This document shows, one piece after another, positions 18,424 to 27,186 of a DNA stretch of 50,455 bases (the stretch's first letter is position 1; each line of letters starts with the position of its first letter). The notes below the pieces were generated by a model, which worked only from the letters and a program-made list of their open reading frames with translations, was not told where the DNA came from and searched no databases. Origin of the DNA: Candidatus Staskawiczbacteria bacterium RIFCSPHIGHO2_02_FULL_42_22. GTDB taxonomy: Bacteria; Patescibacteriota; Minisyncoccia; Minisyncoccales; Staskawiczbacteraceae. The position numbers were made by a program, and so were the translations under genes. The stretch spans positions 1 through 50,455 of the forward strand of contig MHOT01000001.1 of assembly GCA_001820175.1 (NCBI GenBank), read 5' to 3'.

Positions 18424-19540
18424 TATTCCTCTTGCAAAACCAGATATAACTAATTTGGAAAAAAGGGCGGTATTGGAAGTTTTAAATACCGCTAGTTTAA
18501 GTTTGGGAAAGAAATATATAGAGTTCCAAAATGAAATAGCTAAATTTGCGTCAGTCAGGTATGCGGTGGCGGTCAATAGCGGGACCAGTGCCTTGCATTT
18601 AATCGTGAGGGCCCTGGGAATTAAAAAAGGAGACGAAGTCATTACCACTCCCTTTTCTTTTGTTGCCTCGGCAAACTGTATTTTATATGAAGGGGCCACG
18701 CCGATTTTTGTTGATATTGATGCGAAAACATTAAATATTGACGTTTCTAAAATAGAACGAAAAATTACTAAAAAAACAAAAGCTATTTTGGCGGTGGATG
18801 TATTCAGCCGTCCCGCCGATTGGGACGCGCTTAAAAAAATCGCAAAAAAACACAAGCTTTTTTTAATTGAGGACTCAGCTGAGGCCTTGGGTTCTGAATA
18901 TAAAGGCAAAAAATGCGGTAGTTTTGGCGACGCGGCGGTGTTTGCTTTTTATCCCAACAAACAAATTACCACGGGGGAGGGTGGCATGATTTTAACCGAT
19001 AATAAAAAAATTGCCGATTTTTGCAGAAGTGCTGCAAATCAGGGCAGGAGGGCCAAAGATGGAAAATGGCTAGAACATATGCGGCTTGGGTACAATTACC
19101 GATTAGATGAAATGAGCTCGGCGCTGGGCATTGCGCAGTTAAAAAGGATAAAGGAAATTCTTAAAAAAAGAGCGCAGGTGGCACATTGGTATAATACAAT
19201 ATTAAAAGGATTTGAGGGGGTAGAAATTCCCCATAAGGATCGTGCTAGCAAATTGAGCTGGTTTGTGTATGTGGTGTTATTGGCGCCTCGTTTTGCAGGA
19301 AATAAAAGAGATGTCATTATAAGAGAAATGGCAAAAAGGGGGATTGCCTGCAGTAACTATTTTCAGCCAATCCATTTGCAGCCATTTTATAAGAGCGCAT
19401 TCGGCTATAAAAAAGGAGATTTTCCTGTTGCAGAAAATATAAGCCAAAGAACATTGGCTCTCCCGTTTTTTAATAATTTACAAAAAGAACACATTGAATT
19501 TGTAATCAAGCATTTTAAAAAAATATTGGAAAATGTTTAA
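18416..19540 (+). CDS. DegT/DnrJ/EryC1/StrS aminotransferase
   Basis: EDSAEALG, FYPNKQITTGEGG, GYNYRLDE. Confidence 0.93.
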   Translation: MHNIPLAKPDITNLEKRAVLEVLNTASLSLGKKYIEFQNEIAKFASVRYAVAVNSGTSALHLIVRALGIKKGDEVITTPFSFVASANCILYEGATPIFVDIDAKTLNIDVSKIERKITKKTKAILAVDVFSRPADWDALKKIAKKHKLFLIEDSAEALGSEYKGKKCGSFGDAAVFAFYPNKQITTGEGGMILTDNKKIADFCRSAANQGRRAKDGKWLEHMRLGYNYRLDEMSSALGIAQLKRIKEILKKRAQVAHWYNTILKGFEGVEIPHKDRASKLSWFVYVVLLAPRFAGNKRDVIIREMAKRGIACSNYFQPIHLQPFYKSAFGYKKGDFPVAENISQRTLALPFFNNLQKEHIEFVIKHFKKILENV

Positions 19541-21425
19541 CCTACTCAAAAAAACTGCATTAAAAAGGACTTTATTTTTTGTCACCACTGACATTGTTTT
19601 TATCATGGTTTCCGTGTGGTTGGCTTTTATTTTAAGATTTGACGGGAGCATACCGGAGCAATACGTCCCTTTCCTGTTTAGGATGATTGTGTTGGCGATA
19701 TTTTTTACAATCCCCATATTTTACTTTAAACGACTCTACTCTTTTTCATGGTCGTACGTAAGTTCCGGTGAATTGATTTCTCTCTTTTTTTCCACTACCC
19801 TTTCATTTATTTTTCTTTCAATTACTATCTTTGCCTCGCATTATTTTCCTCGCTTTATAAATTTTCCAAGGTCAACTATTTTTATAAGTTACTTTTTGGT
19901 GTTTATTTTTTGCAGTTTGACGCGTTTTTCCAAGAGAATTTATCTGCATGTTGTCGGATTTAAAAGAATGGAGAATAAAGAAAGGACGCTTATTGTAGGA
20001 GCGGGAGACGCAGGAGAACAAATTTTGCGTAATATTCTATCCTCAAAAGAGGGCCGATATTTTCCAGTCGGTTTTCTTGATGACAGTCCCATGAAGCGGA
20101 AAATTACCATACACGGTTGCAGGGTGCTGGGAACTATTTTTGATATGCCCGAAGTGATAAAAAACAATGATATAAAACAATTAATTATTGCCCTTCCCTC
20201 CGCAAACAATAGAATCGTAAAAGAAGTTATTGCCCTGGCCAGGCAGGCTGGTTTGCGAAAAATCAAAGTCGCCCCACAATTACATCAAATCATAAGCGGC
20301 CAAATCTCTCTTAAAAACTTAAAGGATGTGGAGGTGGAAGATTTGCTGGGGAGGAATGAAATAACGGTGGATAAAAAACAGATAGAACGCCTCATCAAAG
20401 GCAAGGTGGTATTGATTACGGGGGCCGCAGGATCAATAGGGTCTGAATTATCCCGCCAAGTGGCAAAATTCAGTCCCTTGCTTCTCGTGTTACTAGATCA
20501 AGATGAAACAGGAATATTTAATATTTCAAAAGAACTACAGGAAAAATTTCCAGAGATAAAAATTCAATCATTAGTGGCCGACGTCACCGACAAGGAAAAA
20601 ATACAATCGGTGTTTGCCAAGTATAAGCCGCAAATAGTATTCCACGCCGCAGCTTACAAGCACGTCCCTTTAATGGAAGAGCAAAGCGATGAAGCGGTTA
20701 AAAATAATGTGTTCGGTTTGGAAAATGTGGCCCAGGCAAGTTTGGCGTGCGGCGCCCAAAAATTTATTTTCATTTCCACCGATAAAGCCGTAAACCCAAC
20801 TTCAGTCATGGGGGCCACCAAGCGCATCGGAGAGATGATATGCCAGGTTTTGTCAGAGCGCCAGGCAACCAGTTTTATTTCTGTAAGGTTTGGTAATGTG
20901 TTAAATAGCCGGGGGAGTGTTATTCCTATTTTTAAGGAACAAATTAGGAGAGGGGGGCCGGTAGAGGTTACCCATCCTGATATGAAGCGATACTTTATGT
21001 TAATATCCGAGGCCTGTAGTTTGGTGATGCAAGCCGGAGCCATGGGAAGCGGCGGCCAGGTCTTGGTGCTCGATATGGGTAAACCCATTAAGATCGTGGA
21101 TCTGGCAAGGGAAATGATAAAAGCATCGGGTTTTAAACCCGACGAAGATATTGCCATTGTTTTTGTGGGCATGCGGCCTGGAGAAAAATTGTTTGAAGAA
21201 ATTATGACCGCAGAGGAGGGTATTGCCTCAACGCAAAACCAGAAAATTTTTACCGCAAAACTTTCTGCTATCGATGTGGTTCACTTGCAAAAAAACATGG
21301 ATATATTACGGCAGGCGGTTAAAAATTCGGACACCGATACTATAAAGAAAACCATAAAAATGTTGATTCCTTCGTTTACTCCCACGTTTACCCCCACTAT
21401 TGCAGATCACGGGCATACCAAGTAA
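19533..21425 (+). CDS. PglF/CapD-type membrane nucleoside-diphosphate sugar dehydratase
   Basis: N-terminal transmembrane segments, GAGDAG, TGAAGSIGSEL, HAAAYKHVP, STDKAVNP..MGATK. Confidence 0.93.
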   Translation: MFNLLKKTALKRTLFFVTTDIVFIMVSVWLAFILRFDGSIPEQYVPFLFRMIVLAIFFTIPIFYFKRLYSFSWSYVSSGELISLFFSTTLSFIFLSITIFASHYFPRFINFPRSTIFISYFLVFIFCSLTRFSKRIYLHVVGFKRMENKERTLIVGAGDAGEQILRNILSSKEGRYFPVGFLDDSPMKRKITIHGCRVLGTIFDMPEVIKNNDIKQLIIALPSANNRIVKEVIALARQAGLRKIKVAPQLHQIISGQISLKNLKDVEVEDLLGRNEITVDKKQIERLIKGKVVLITGAAGSIGSELSRQVAKFSPLLLVLLDQDETGIFNISKELQEKFPEIKIQSLVADVTDKEKIQSVFAKYKPQIVFHAAAYKHVPLMEEQSDEAVKNNVFGLENVAQASLACGAQKFIFISTDKAVNPTSVMGATKRIGEMICQVLSERQATSFISVRFGNVLNSRGSVIPIFKEQIRRGGPVEVTHPDMKRYFMLISEACSLVMQAGAMGSGGQVLVLDMGKPIKIVDLAREMIKASGFKPDEDIAIVFVGMRPGEKLFEEIMTAEEGIASTQNQKIFTAKLSAIDVVHLQKNMDILRQAVKNSDTDTIKKTIKMLIPSFTPTFTPTIADHGHTK

Positions 21426-21437
21426 AATAATCTTTAC

Positions 21438-21496
21438 GCTGTGAATTACGAAACCCCCACGTTAAAAGAGTCTCGAGGGGTTTCGTAATTCACAGC
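21438..21496. repeat. Hairpin element (ATTACGAAA family)
   Basis: Perfect 20-bp inverted repeat GCTGTGAATTACGAAACCCC. Confidence 0.8.
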
Positions 21497-21511
21497 TTTG
21501 CAGTGTTGATC

Positions 21512-23227
21512 ATGATAAAAGAGAATACGTTTAAAATCATATTTTTTACTATAGCCATTTTTTTCCTGGCGGGTTTTACTGTTCCCGCAAAAGCCGCAAA
21601 CATTTCAGATGTCTTTTTTAACGTAGATGCGAATTTCGATGTCGGTGAATCATCTCAAGTCCAGGCCGTTCTCATTAAAACTGCCGCTAATCTCTATTTT
21701 TATGTCCAAAAGGACTGGTGGGAGGCGCAGGTTCCCGCCAAGCAAAGTGAAATTATAAATAATCTGGACGTTTTATCTTCTGAGTTTGATAAAAAGATAT
21801 ACCCGACATTGACTTCGGTATTTGGTTCTGAGTGGAACCCGGGAGTTGACGGTGACAGCAAGACCATTATTTTATTCCATGCTATGAAAGAGGGGGTCGG
21901 AGGATATTTTCGCTCCAACGACGAATACATCAAATTACAGATGCCAAATTCCAATGAAAAGGAAATGTTGTATTTGCCAATTTCACAGATTGATAACATC
22001 TCTAAGTTAAAAGTTTTTTTGGCGCACGAGTTTGTCCACCTTATTACTTTCAACCAAAAAGATCGATTGCGGGGAGTCCAGGAAGACGTTTGGTTAAATG
22101 AGTCTCGTGCCGAATACGCAGCAACTATTTTAGGATATAACGGTTTGTATGAGGGCAGTAATTTACAGGCGCGCTTGAAAAATTTTTTAGAAAGGCCGTC
22201 TGATTCGCTGGTCGAGTGGAAGGAAAATAAATATGACTACGGAGTTATTAATGTGTTCATGCATTACTTGGTTGATCACTACGGTATCAATATGCTGTCG
22301 GACTCGCTCCAGTCCCCGTTAACCAGTATTGCCAGCATCAACGCGGTCCTGGCAAAAAACGGGTATCAAGAAGATTTCTCCCAAATTTTTACCAATTGGG
22401 CAATTGCCCTTATGGTTAATGATTGCAAGGTTGGGCCGAAATACTGCTACTTGAGTAGCAATTTAGCAAATTTTAAAATAAATCCTACGCTTAATTTTCT
22501 GCCGCTGTCGGGCTCAAGTTCCCTGTCAGTAACCAATGTTACTAAAAATTGGGCTGGCAATTGGCAAAAAATTATCGGGGGGAAGGGGGATTTAACCTTG
22601 GAATTTTCGGGCGTCAAGGGGGTCCATTTTCAGGTGCCGTATGTTGTTGTCGATAAAGAAAATGTCTCGACAGTTCATTTTTTAGCGCTTGATGAAAACC
22701 AAAAAGGGAAAATATTCATTAAGGACTTTGATAAAAATAATAATGCATTAATTATTATCCCATTGCTTGAAGATAAAACGAGCGGTTTTTCTAATTCGGA
22801 ATTTACCTACCCCTACACCTTTAAGGTATCAATTTCCGGCCAGGTTCAAGAGGATGAAGCGGCATTGATTGAATCGCTCTTGGCCCAAATAGCTTCTTTA
22901 AAACAGCAGATCGCGGCGCTTCAGTCAGGCGAGCCCAAAAACCCCCTTGCGGTTTCCTGCTCGTCAATTACCGGCAACCTTTATATTGGCATGACTGGCA
23001 GCCAGAAAGTAACGTGCCTCCAAGAGTTTTTGAAATTACAGGGCGGGGCCGTGTATCCGGAAGGACTGGTAACGGGAAATTTCGGAGCCCTTACGCGCCT
23101 GGCCGTAGTGCGTTTTCAAGAAAAATATGCCAGTGATATTTTGGCTCCATTGGGGCTTTCTTGGGGCACTGGATTTGTGGGGTCGTCGACTCGCCAAAAA
23201 ATTAACCAGCTCTTGCAAGTAATGTAA
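21512..23227 (+). CDS. Secreted zinc metallopeptidase with a C-terminal peptidoglycan-binding domain
   Basis: Signal peptide ending AKA, AHEFVH (HExxH), WLNE; C-terminal LQEFLK..TGNFG.LT..AV.RFQ. Confidence 0.75.
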   Translation: MIKENTFKIIFFTIAIFFLAGFTVPAKAANISDVFFNVDANFDVGESSQVQAVLIKTAANLYFYVQKDWWEAQVPAKQSEIINNLDVLSSEFDKKIYPTLTSVFGSEWNPGVDGDSKTIILFHAMKEGVGGYFRSNDEYIKLQMPNSNEKEMLYLPISQIDNISKLKVFLAHEFVHLITFNQKDRLRGVQEDVWLNESRAEYAATILGYNGLYEGSNLQARLKNFLERPSDSLVEWKENKYDYGVINVFMHYLVDHYGINMLSDSLQSPLTSIASINAVLAKNGYQEDFSQIFTNWAIALMVNDCKVGPKYCYLSSNLANFKINPTLNFLPLSGSSSLSVTNVTKNWAGNWQKIIGGKGDLTLEFSGVKGVHFQVPYVVVDKENVSTVHFLALDENQKGKIFIKDFDKNNNALIIIPLLEDKTSGFSNSEFTYPYTFKVSISGQVQEDEAALIESLLAQIASLKQQIAALQSGEPKNPLAVSCSSITGNLYIGMTGSQKVTCLQEFLKLQGGAVYPEGLVTGNFGALTRLAVVRFQEKYASDILAPLGLSWGTGFVGSSTRQKINQLLQVM

Positions 23228-23252
23228 CAGGTCTAATGGTCAATAATATTCC

Positions 23253-24218
23253 ATGAACGAAGCATTTGAAGTATTAAAAAAAGAGCTGCCGGGTTTGCAA
23301 AAAAACGTTCTACTCAAAGACCATACGACATTTAAAATCGGCGGACCCGCCGAATATTTTTTCATAGCCAAGAAGAAAGAAGATGTGGAGCGAGCGATTA
23401 GGGTGGCTCAAAAACTAACATTACCACTGTTCATTTTTGGCGGAGGCAGTAATTTACTAGTGTCCGATGCGGGCCAAAAGGGGTTGGTGGTAAGAATGCA
23501 AAGCGGCGCAAAAACATTCGCTCTATTGCCCGGTAACTGCATTCGGGCATACGCAGGAGTTTCTTTGTCAGATGTGGTTTTATTTTCTATTAAAAAATCG
23601 CTTGGCGGGTTGGAATGGGCGGGCGGTTTGCCCGGAACATTTGGTGGCGCTATTCGGGGGAACGCCGGAGCATTCGGCGGCGAAGTTAAGGATTCTATTA
23701 TTTCGGTTCAGGCCTTTGACGATCACTTTACCTTAAGAAATTTTACCAACGCCCAATGCAAGTTTTCATACCGCAGTTCTATTTTCAAAGAAAAGGGCTG
23801 GACGATTATATCAGCAACGGTGGCCTTAAAAAAAGGCAATAAGAAAGAATTGCGTAGTGTTGTCGATTCGCGGATTAATTATCGAAAAGAAAAGCATCCC
23901 CTGGAATATCCCAGTGCCGGCAGTGTGTTTAAAAATGTTGATGTGAAAAAGATTCCGACGGAGTTTAAAAGTACCTTTTTAGATAAAATAAAAAAAGATC
24001 CTTTTCCAATTGTGCCGGCGGCCTGGTTTATTATCGGAGCTGGCTTAACCGGCGCAAAAATCGGCCAGGCGCAAATTTCAAACAAGCATTCAAACTATAT
24101 TGTAAACCTGGGAGGCGCCAAAGCCCAAGATGTGCTACAATTAATTCAGTTAGTGAAAGACACGGTTAAAAAAAAGTATGGCATTGAGTTGGAGCAAGAA
24201 ATACAATATCTTAAGTAA
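23253..24218 (+). CDS. murB: UDP-N-acetylenolpyruvoylglucosamine reductase
   Basis: HTTFKIGGPA, GGGSNLL, GNAGAFG, SAGSVFKN. Confidence 0.95.
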   Translation: MNEAFEVLKKELPGLQKNVLLKDHTTFKIGGPAEYFFIAKKKEDVERAIRVAQKLTLPLFIFGGGSNLLVSDAGQKGLVVRMQSGAKTFALLPGNCIRAYAGVSLSDVVLFSIKKSLGGLEWAGGLPGTFGGAIRGNAGAFGGEVKDSIISVQAFDDHFTLRNFTNAQCKFSYRSSIFKEKGWTIISATVALKKGNKKELRSVVDSRINYRKEKHPLEYPSAGSVFKNVDVKKIPTEFKSTFLDKIKKDPFPIVPAAWFIIGAGLTGAKIGQAQISNKHSNYIVNLGGAKAQDVLQLIQLVKDTVKKKYGIELEQEIQYLK

Positions 24219-24220
24219 TT

Positions 24221-24335
24221 TAAATCTCAAATCTCAAAGTGCAAAGTTTAGGCATGCCGCGCGCCTCGGCGCGCGGCTAACTTTTTAATTTTAAATTATC
24301 ATTTTGCATTTTGAGGTTTGAATTTTACATTTACT
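24221..24335. repeat. Degenerate heptamer inverted array with a central GC hairpin
   Basis: AAATCTC-type units facing TTTTG(C/A) units; GCCGCGCGCCTCGGCGCGCGGC at 24256-24277. Confidence 0.6.
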
Positions 24336-24338
24336 ATC

Positions 24339-24695
24339 ATGAATATCATCATTAAAACAAAAAATATTGAATTGACGGATTCGCTGGAAAAATTTATCCA
24401 ACAAAAAATTGGCAAATTGGAAAAATTTTCTAAAATTTTAGGGAAGGACTCTCTTGAAATGTTTGTGGAAATCGAAAAGGAAACAAATCATCATAGAAAA
24501 GGAGAAATATTTTTCGCCGAAGCCATTTTAGTCATGCCGGGCAAAAAATTGGTGGCGCGGGCAAAGAGTGACGATTTAGGTAAAGCTGTTTCTGAAGTAA
24601 AAGAAGAACTGGAAATAGAAATCAAAAAATACAAACTCAAGGCCATTGAATTGCCTCGTAGGCAAGCCAAAAAATCAAGAAAGGAAATATTCTAA
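24339..24695 (+). CDS. hpf: Ribosome hibernation factor HPF/RaiA
   Basis: MNIIIKTKNIELT..L; upstream of secA. Confidence 0.85.
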   Translation: MNIIIKTKNIELTDSLEKFIQQKIGKLEKFSKILGKDSLEMFVEIEKETNHHRKGEIFFAEAILVMPGKKLVARAKSDDLGKAVSEVKEELEIEIKKYKLKAIELPRRQAKKSRKEIF

Positions 24696-24696
24696 A

Positions 24697-24949
24697 AATG
24701 CGAATCTCGTTTGGCAAAATATAAAAAGAGTTTCGGCCGCCCCTTTGGCGAGCCTCGCCTTTTGGCGGGTCTCTTTGCGGATAATTTTGAGGATGGGGAA
24801 AATTTACTGCGGTAAATTTTGCCTCGCATCCCGCCCGCCAGCTTTGTAAAAATGTGCTCGGCGTAGGCAAGCTACGCCTAAACATTTTTCCAAACCTGGC
24901 GCCAAAATTCTCTCGCAAATAGAGGCGATTGCCAAACGAGATTCGCATT
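24697..24949. mobile_element. MITE-like multi-hairpin element
   Basis: Perfect 21-bp terminal inverted repeat AATGCGAATCTCGTTTGGCAA; inner GGCGTAG-GCAAG-CTACGCC hairpin. Confidence 0.8.
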
Positions 24950-24951
24950 AA

Positions 24952-24995
24952 AACAACAAAAAGCTGGCAGTTCAATCTGCCAGTTTTTTGTTGTT
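24952..24995. terminator. Bidirectional terminator
   Basis: AACAACAAAAAGCTGGCAG/CTGCCAGTTTTTTGTTGTT. Confidence 0.75.
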
Positions 24996-26010
24996 ACGCT
25001 TTTAGTAAATTCGTAACAATTTTCACCAACTTATCTTTTTCTTTCATATCACTGACGGCGATGAGTAGTGAAAGAGCGGTCAGCGCGTTGTCATTGATCT
25101 TTTTTTCTCCTGATTCTTTATAAAGATAGTTATTTTTATCAAGAAAATATACAAATAAAAATGAACCAATGCGTTTGTTGCCATCGATGAACGGATGATC
25201 TTTAATGATAAAATATAATAAGTTAGCTGCTTTTTCTTCAATGCTTGGGTATAGTTCCTTGCCTCCGAATGTTTGGCGGATATTTCCCAATATTCCCATT
25301 ACTTTGTCGGCTGATTCGGTGCCAAAAAACTCGCTGGCCTCGCCTTTATTTAGTAGTTCTTTTTTAATTTCAGTGATTACGTTTTTAACTGATGCATGTT
25401 CCAAAGTAAATTTTGCCTTACCGTTTTTTGACGCTACTACTTTATCTTTGTCGTATTGCTCCAGCAAGGTTAGGGTTTTGGAGTAGTCAGATAATAAATG
25501 CAATATTTCTTTTTCCTGTCCTGCTAATAATTCATACCCTGATTTTTGTCGCAAAAAATCCACCGCACTTTGTAGTTCTCTAAATTTGTCCTGTGCTTCT
25601 AGGAGTCGTTTTTCGTTTACGGCGTAACCTTTCACTAAATAATTTTTTAAAGTATTGGTTGTCCATACACGGAACTGGGTTGCCTTTTTTGAGTTAACTC
25701 TATAGCCCACAGAAATAATGGCATCTAAATTATAAGAGATTGTTTTATACTTTTTTCCGTCAGCGGCAGTTATTTCCATTTTGGAAATAACTGATTTTTC
25801 AACTAACTCTTTTTCTTTAAATATATTTTTTAAATGTTTATTAACCGCTGGGACTTGCACATTAAAAAGCGTTGCAATTTGTAGTTGTGTAAGCCAAATA
25901 GTTTCTTTCTGCAACTTAATTTCAATTGCAGGCCCTTTGGCAGATTTATAAATAATAATATCCCCTTTACTCTGAGCAGGGCCGAAGGGTTTTTTAATTT
26001 CTTTTTCCAT
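24994..26010 (-). CDS. RhuM-family N-terminus fused to a Fic/Doc domain
   Basis: YNLDAIISVGYRVNS..ATQFR.W; Fic motif HPFIDGNKRIG. Confidence 0.9.
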   Translation of the reverse strand: MEKEIKKPFGPAQSKGDIIIYKSAKGPAIEIKLQKETIWLTQLQIATLFNVQVPAVNKHLKNIFKEKELVEKSVISKMEITAADGKKYKTISYNLDAIISVGYRVNSKKATQFRVWTTNTLKNYLVKGYAVNEKRLLEAQDKFRELQSAVDFLRQKSGYELLAGQEKEILHLLSDYSKTLTLLEQYDKDKVVASKNGKAKFTLEHASVKNVITEIKKELLNKGEASEFFGTESADKVMGILGNIRQTFGGKELYPSIEEKAANLLYFIIKDHPFIDGNKRIGSFLFVYFLDKNNYLYKESGEKKINDNALTALSLLIAVSDMKEKDKLVKIVTNLLKA

Positions 26011-26126
26011 AAATCCATAATATCAGAAAAAACGGAAATATAAAGTTATTTTCATACAAAAAAAGTCAGTAACAGAATTGTTGCAGACCTTGGTTTTAAT
26101 AAAGAGAAACATTGTTGTTATAAATG

Positions 26127-26158
26127 AAAAAACTGCGCGACTTAACCAAGTCCGCAGT
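26127..26158 (-). terminator. Intrinsic terminator of the orphan gene
   Basis: Minus strand ACTGCGGACTT/AAGTCGCGCAGT followed by a T run. Confidence 0.6.
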
Positions 26159-26199
26159 CATGGTGAATTGTTCAAGCACAACTCACAAAGCTCTTTCGA

Positions 26200-26835
26200 T
26201 CACTGATCCTGCGAAGATGGAATGATCCGGTAACGCAAGGCGAAGAGGTCGAGGTCGGCTTCGTCGCCGGTGTCCATGGGGCCCATGACGGCCGTCTGGA
26301 GCTTCTCGACCGACGCGATGCGGTCTTTGCGTTCCAGTGACTTGAGGACATTTTCGTCCTTGTCACGGGCGATGGTCTTCCATGGTTTTCCGCCCCGAGA
26401 GACCTGGAGCGCCAGAGTCCCGTCCGCAGAAACAAGCTTGAAGTCTTCCTCGGTGGCCTGGTGAAGCGCAATCCTATTCCCACTACTAGCCTCGATCAGA
26501 TAAAAACCTTGCTTATCCTGATACGCGTGTGGCTCTGCAGTCATGTTGCCGGCGGCGAAGAGAGCAGCTGCTCCCATGAAGCTCCTGAAGTAGAGCAGGT
26601 TGTGGCCGCGGCCGAAGTAGAACTGCCCATCCTCGTCCACGAGAACGGTGGTGAAGGCACTCCATGCCCTCGCCAGCACGCGGAGAATGTTAGCGTGATT
26701 CTCCGGCCGTTCGCCCATGACATCCACGTTGTAGGCCCAGCCATCATCGACATTTCCATACCCGAGCCGAACATAGCCGATGGTCGGTTCTGCCGCGGCT
26801 AAGGCGGCGTTGAGAGTTTCGCGAATCATGGTCAT
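26200..26835 (-). CDS. GC-rich orphan hypothetical protein
   Basis: 211-aa ORF with an AGGAG RBS and its own promoter and terminator. Confidence 0.7.
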   Translation of the reverse strand: MTMIRETLNAALAAAEPTIGYVRLGYGNVDDGWAYNVDVMGERPENHANILRVLARAWSAFTTVLVDEDGQFYFGRGHNLLYFRSFMGAAALFAAGNMTAEPHAYQDKQGFYLIEASSGNRIALHQATEEDFKLVSADGTLALQVSRGGKPWKTIARDKDENVLKSLERKDRIASVEKLQTAVMGPMDTGDEADLDLFALRYRIIPSSQDQ

Positions 26836-26960
26836 TCTCCTGTTTGTCTAACGGCTCGAATAACCGTCCGGCTTTGGCGCGCCAACCGGCACACTTTTGC
26901 CTGATCTTTGAAAGCAGTACTACATTTCCTGTTTTCAGTTGTAAATGAGCGATGGTTAAT

Positions 26961-26989
26961 ACCATATCATGATAAATGCTATATGTCAA
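26961..26989 (-). promoter_or_regulatory. Sigma70-type promoter
   Basis: Minus strand TTGACA-17 bp-TATGGT with TGn. Confidence 0.6.
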
Positions 26990-27061
26990 TCGATGTGCTC
27001 GTTTGTGTAAGCCGGTACATCTAATTTACAAACTCATCATTTTTAGGTAGAGTTACCTTAT

Positions 27062-27185
27062 GAAATAGTTATCAGTTAATAGTTTGAAGTTTTGGTTAAC
27101 GGGTTTCTAGTTAACTAAAAACTAAAAAACTTAAACTATGAGCTGCGCCCCGCAGGGCGCGGCGAAACCTAAAACTAAAAACCAT
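27062..27185. repeat. Heptamer inverted array with an inserted GC hairpin
   Basis: TAGTT units facing AACTA units; GCTGCGCCCCGCAGGGCGCGGC at 27142-27163. Confidence 0.65.
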
Positions 27186-27186
27186 A

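Noticed and set aside
21374-21397. 12-bp duplication encoding FTPT x2 at the end of the PglF-like gene
   Set aside because: Too short to support any meaning
24637-25123. ORFs across the 24697 element, considered as a possible transposase
   Set aside because: Short, no DDE or HUH motifs, explained by the palindrome
26172-26802. Overlapping alternative ORFs in the GC-rich gene
   Set aside because: Expected in GC-rich DNA; only 26200-26835 has an RBS, promoter and terminator
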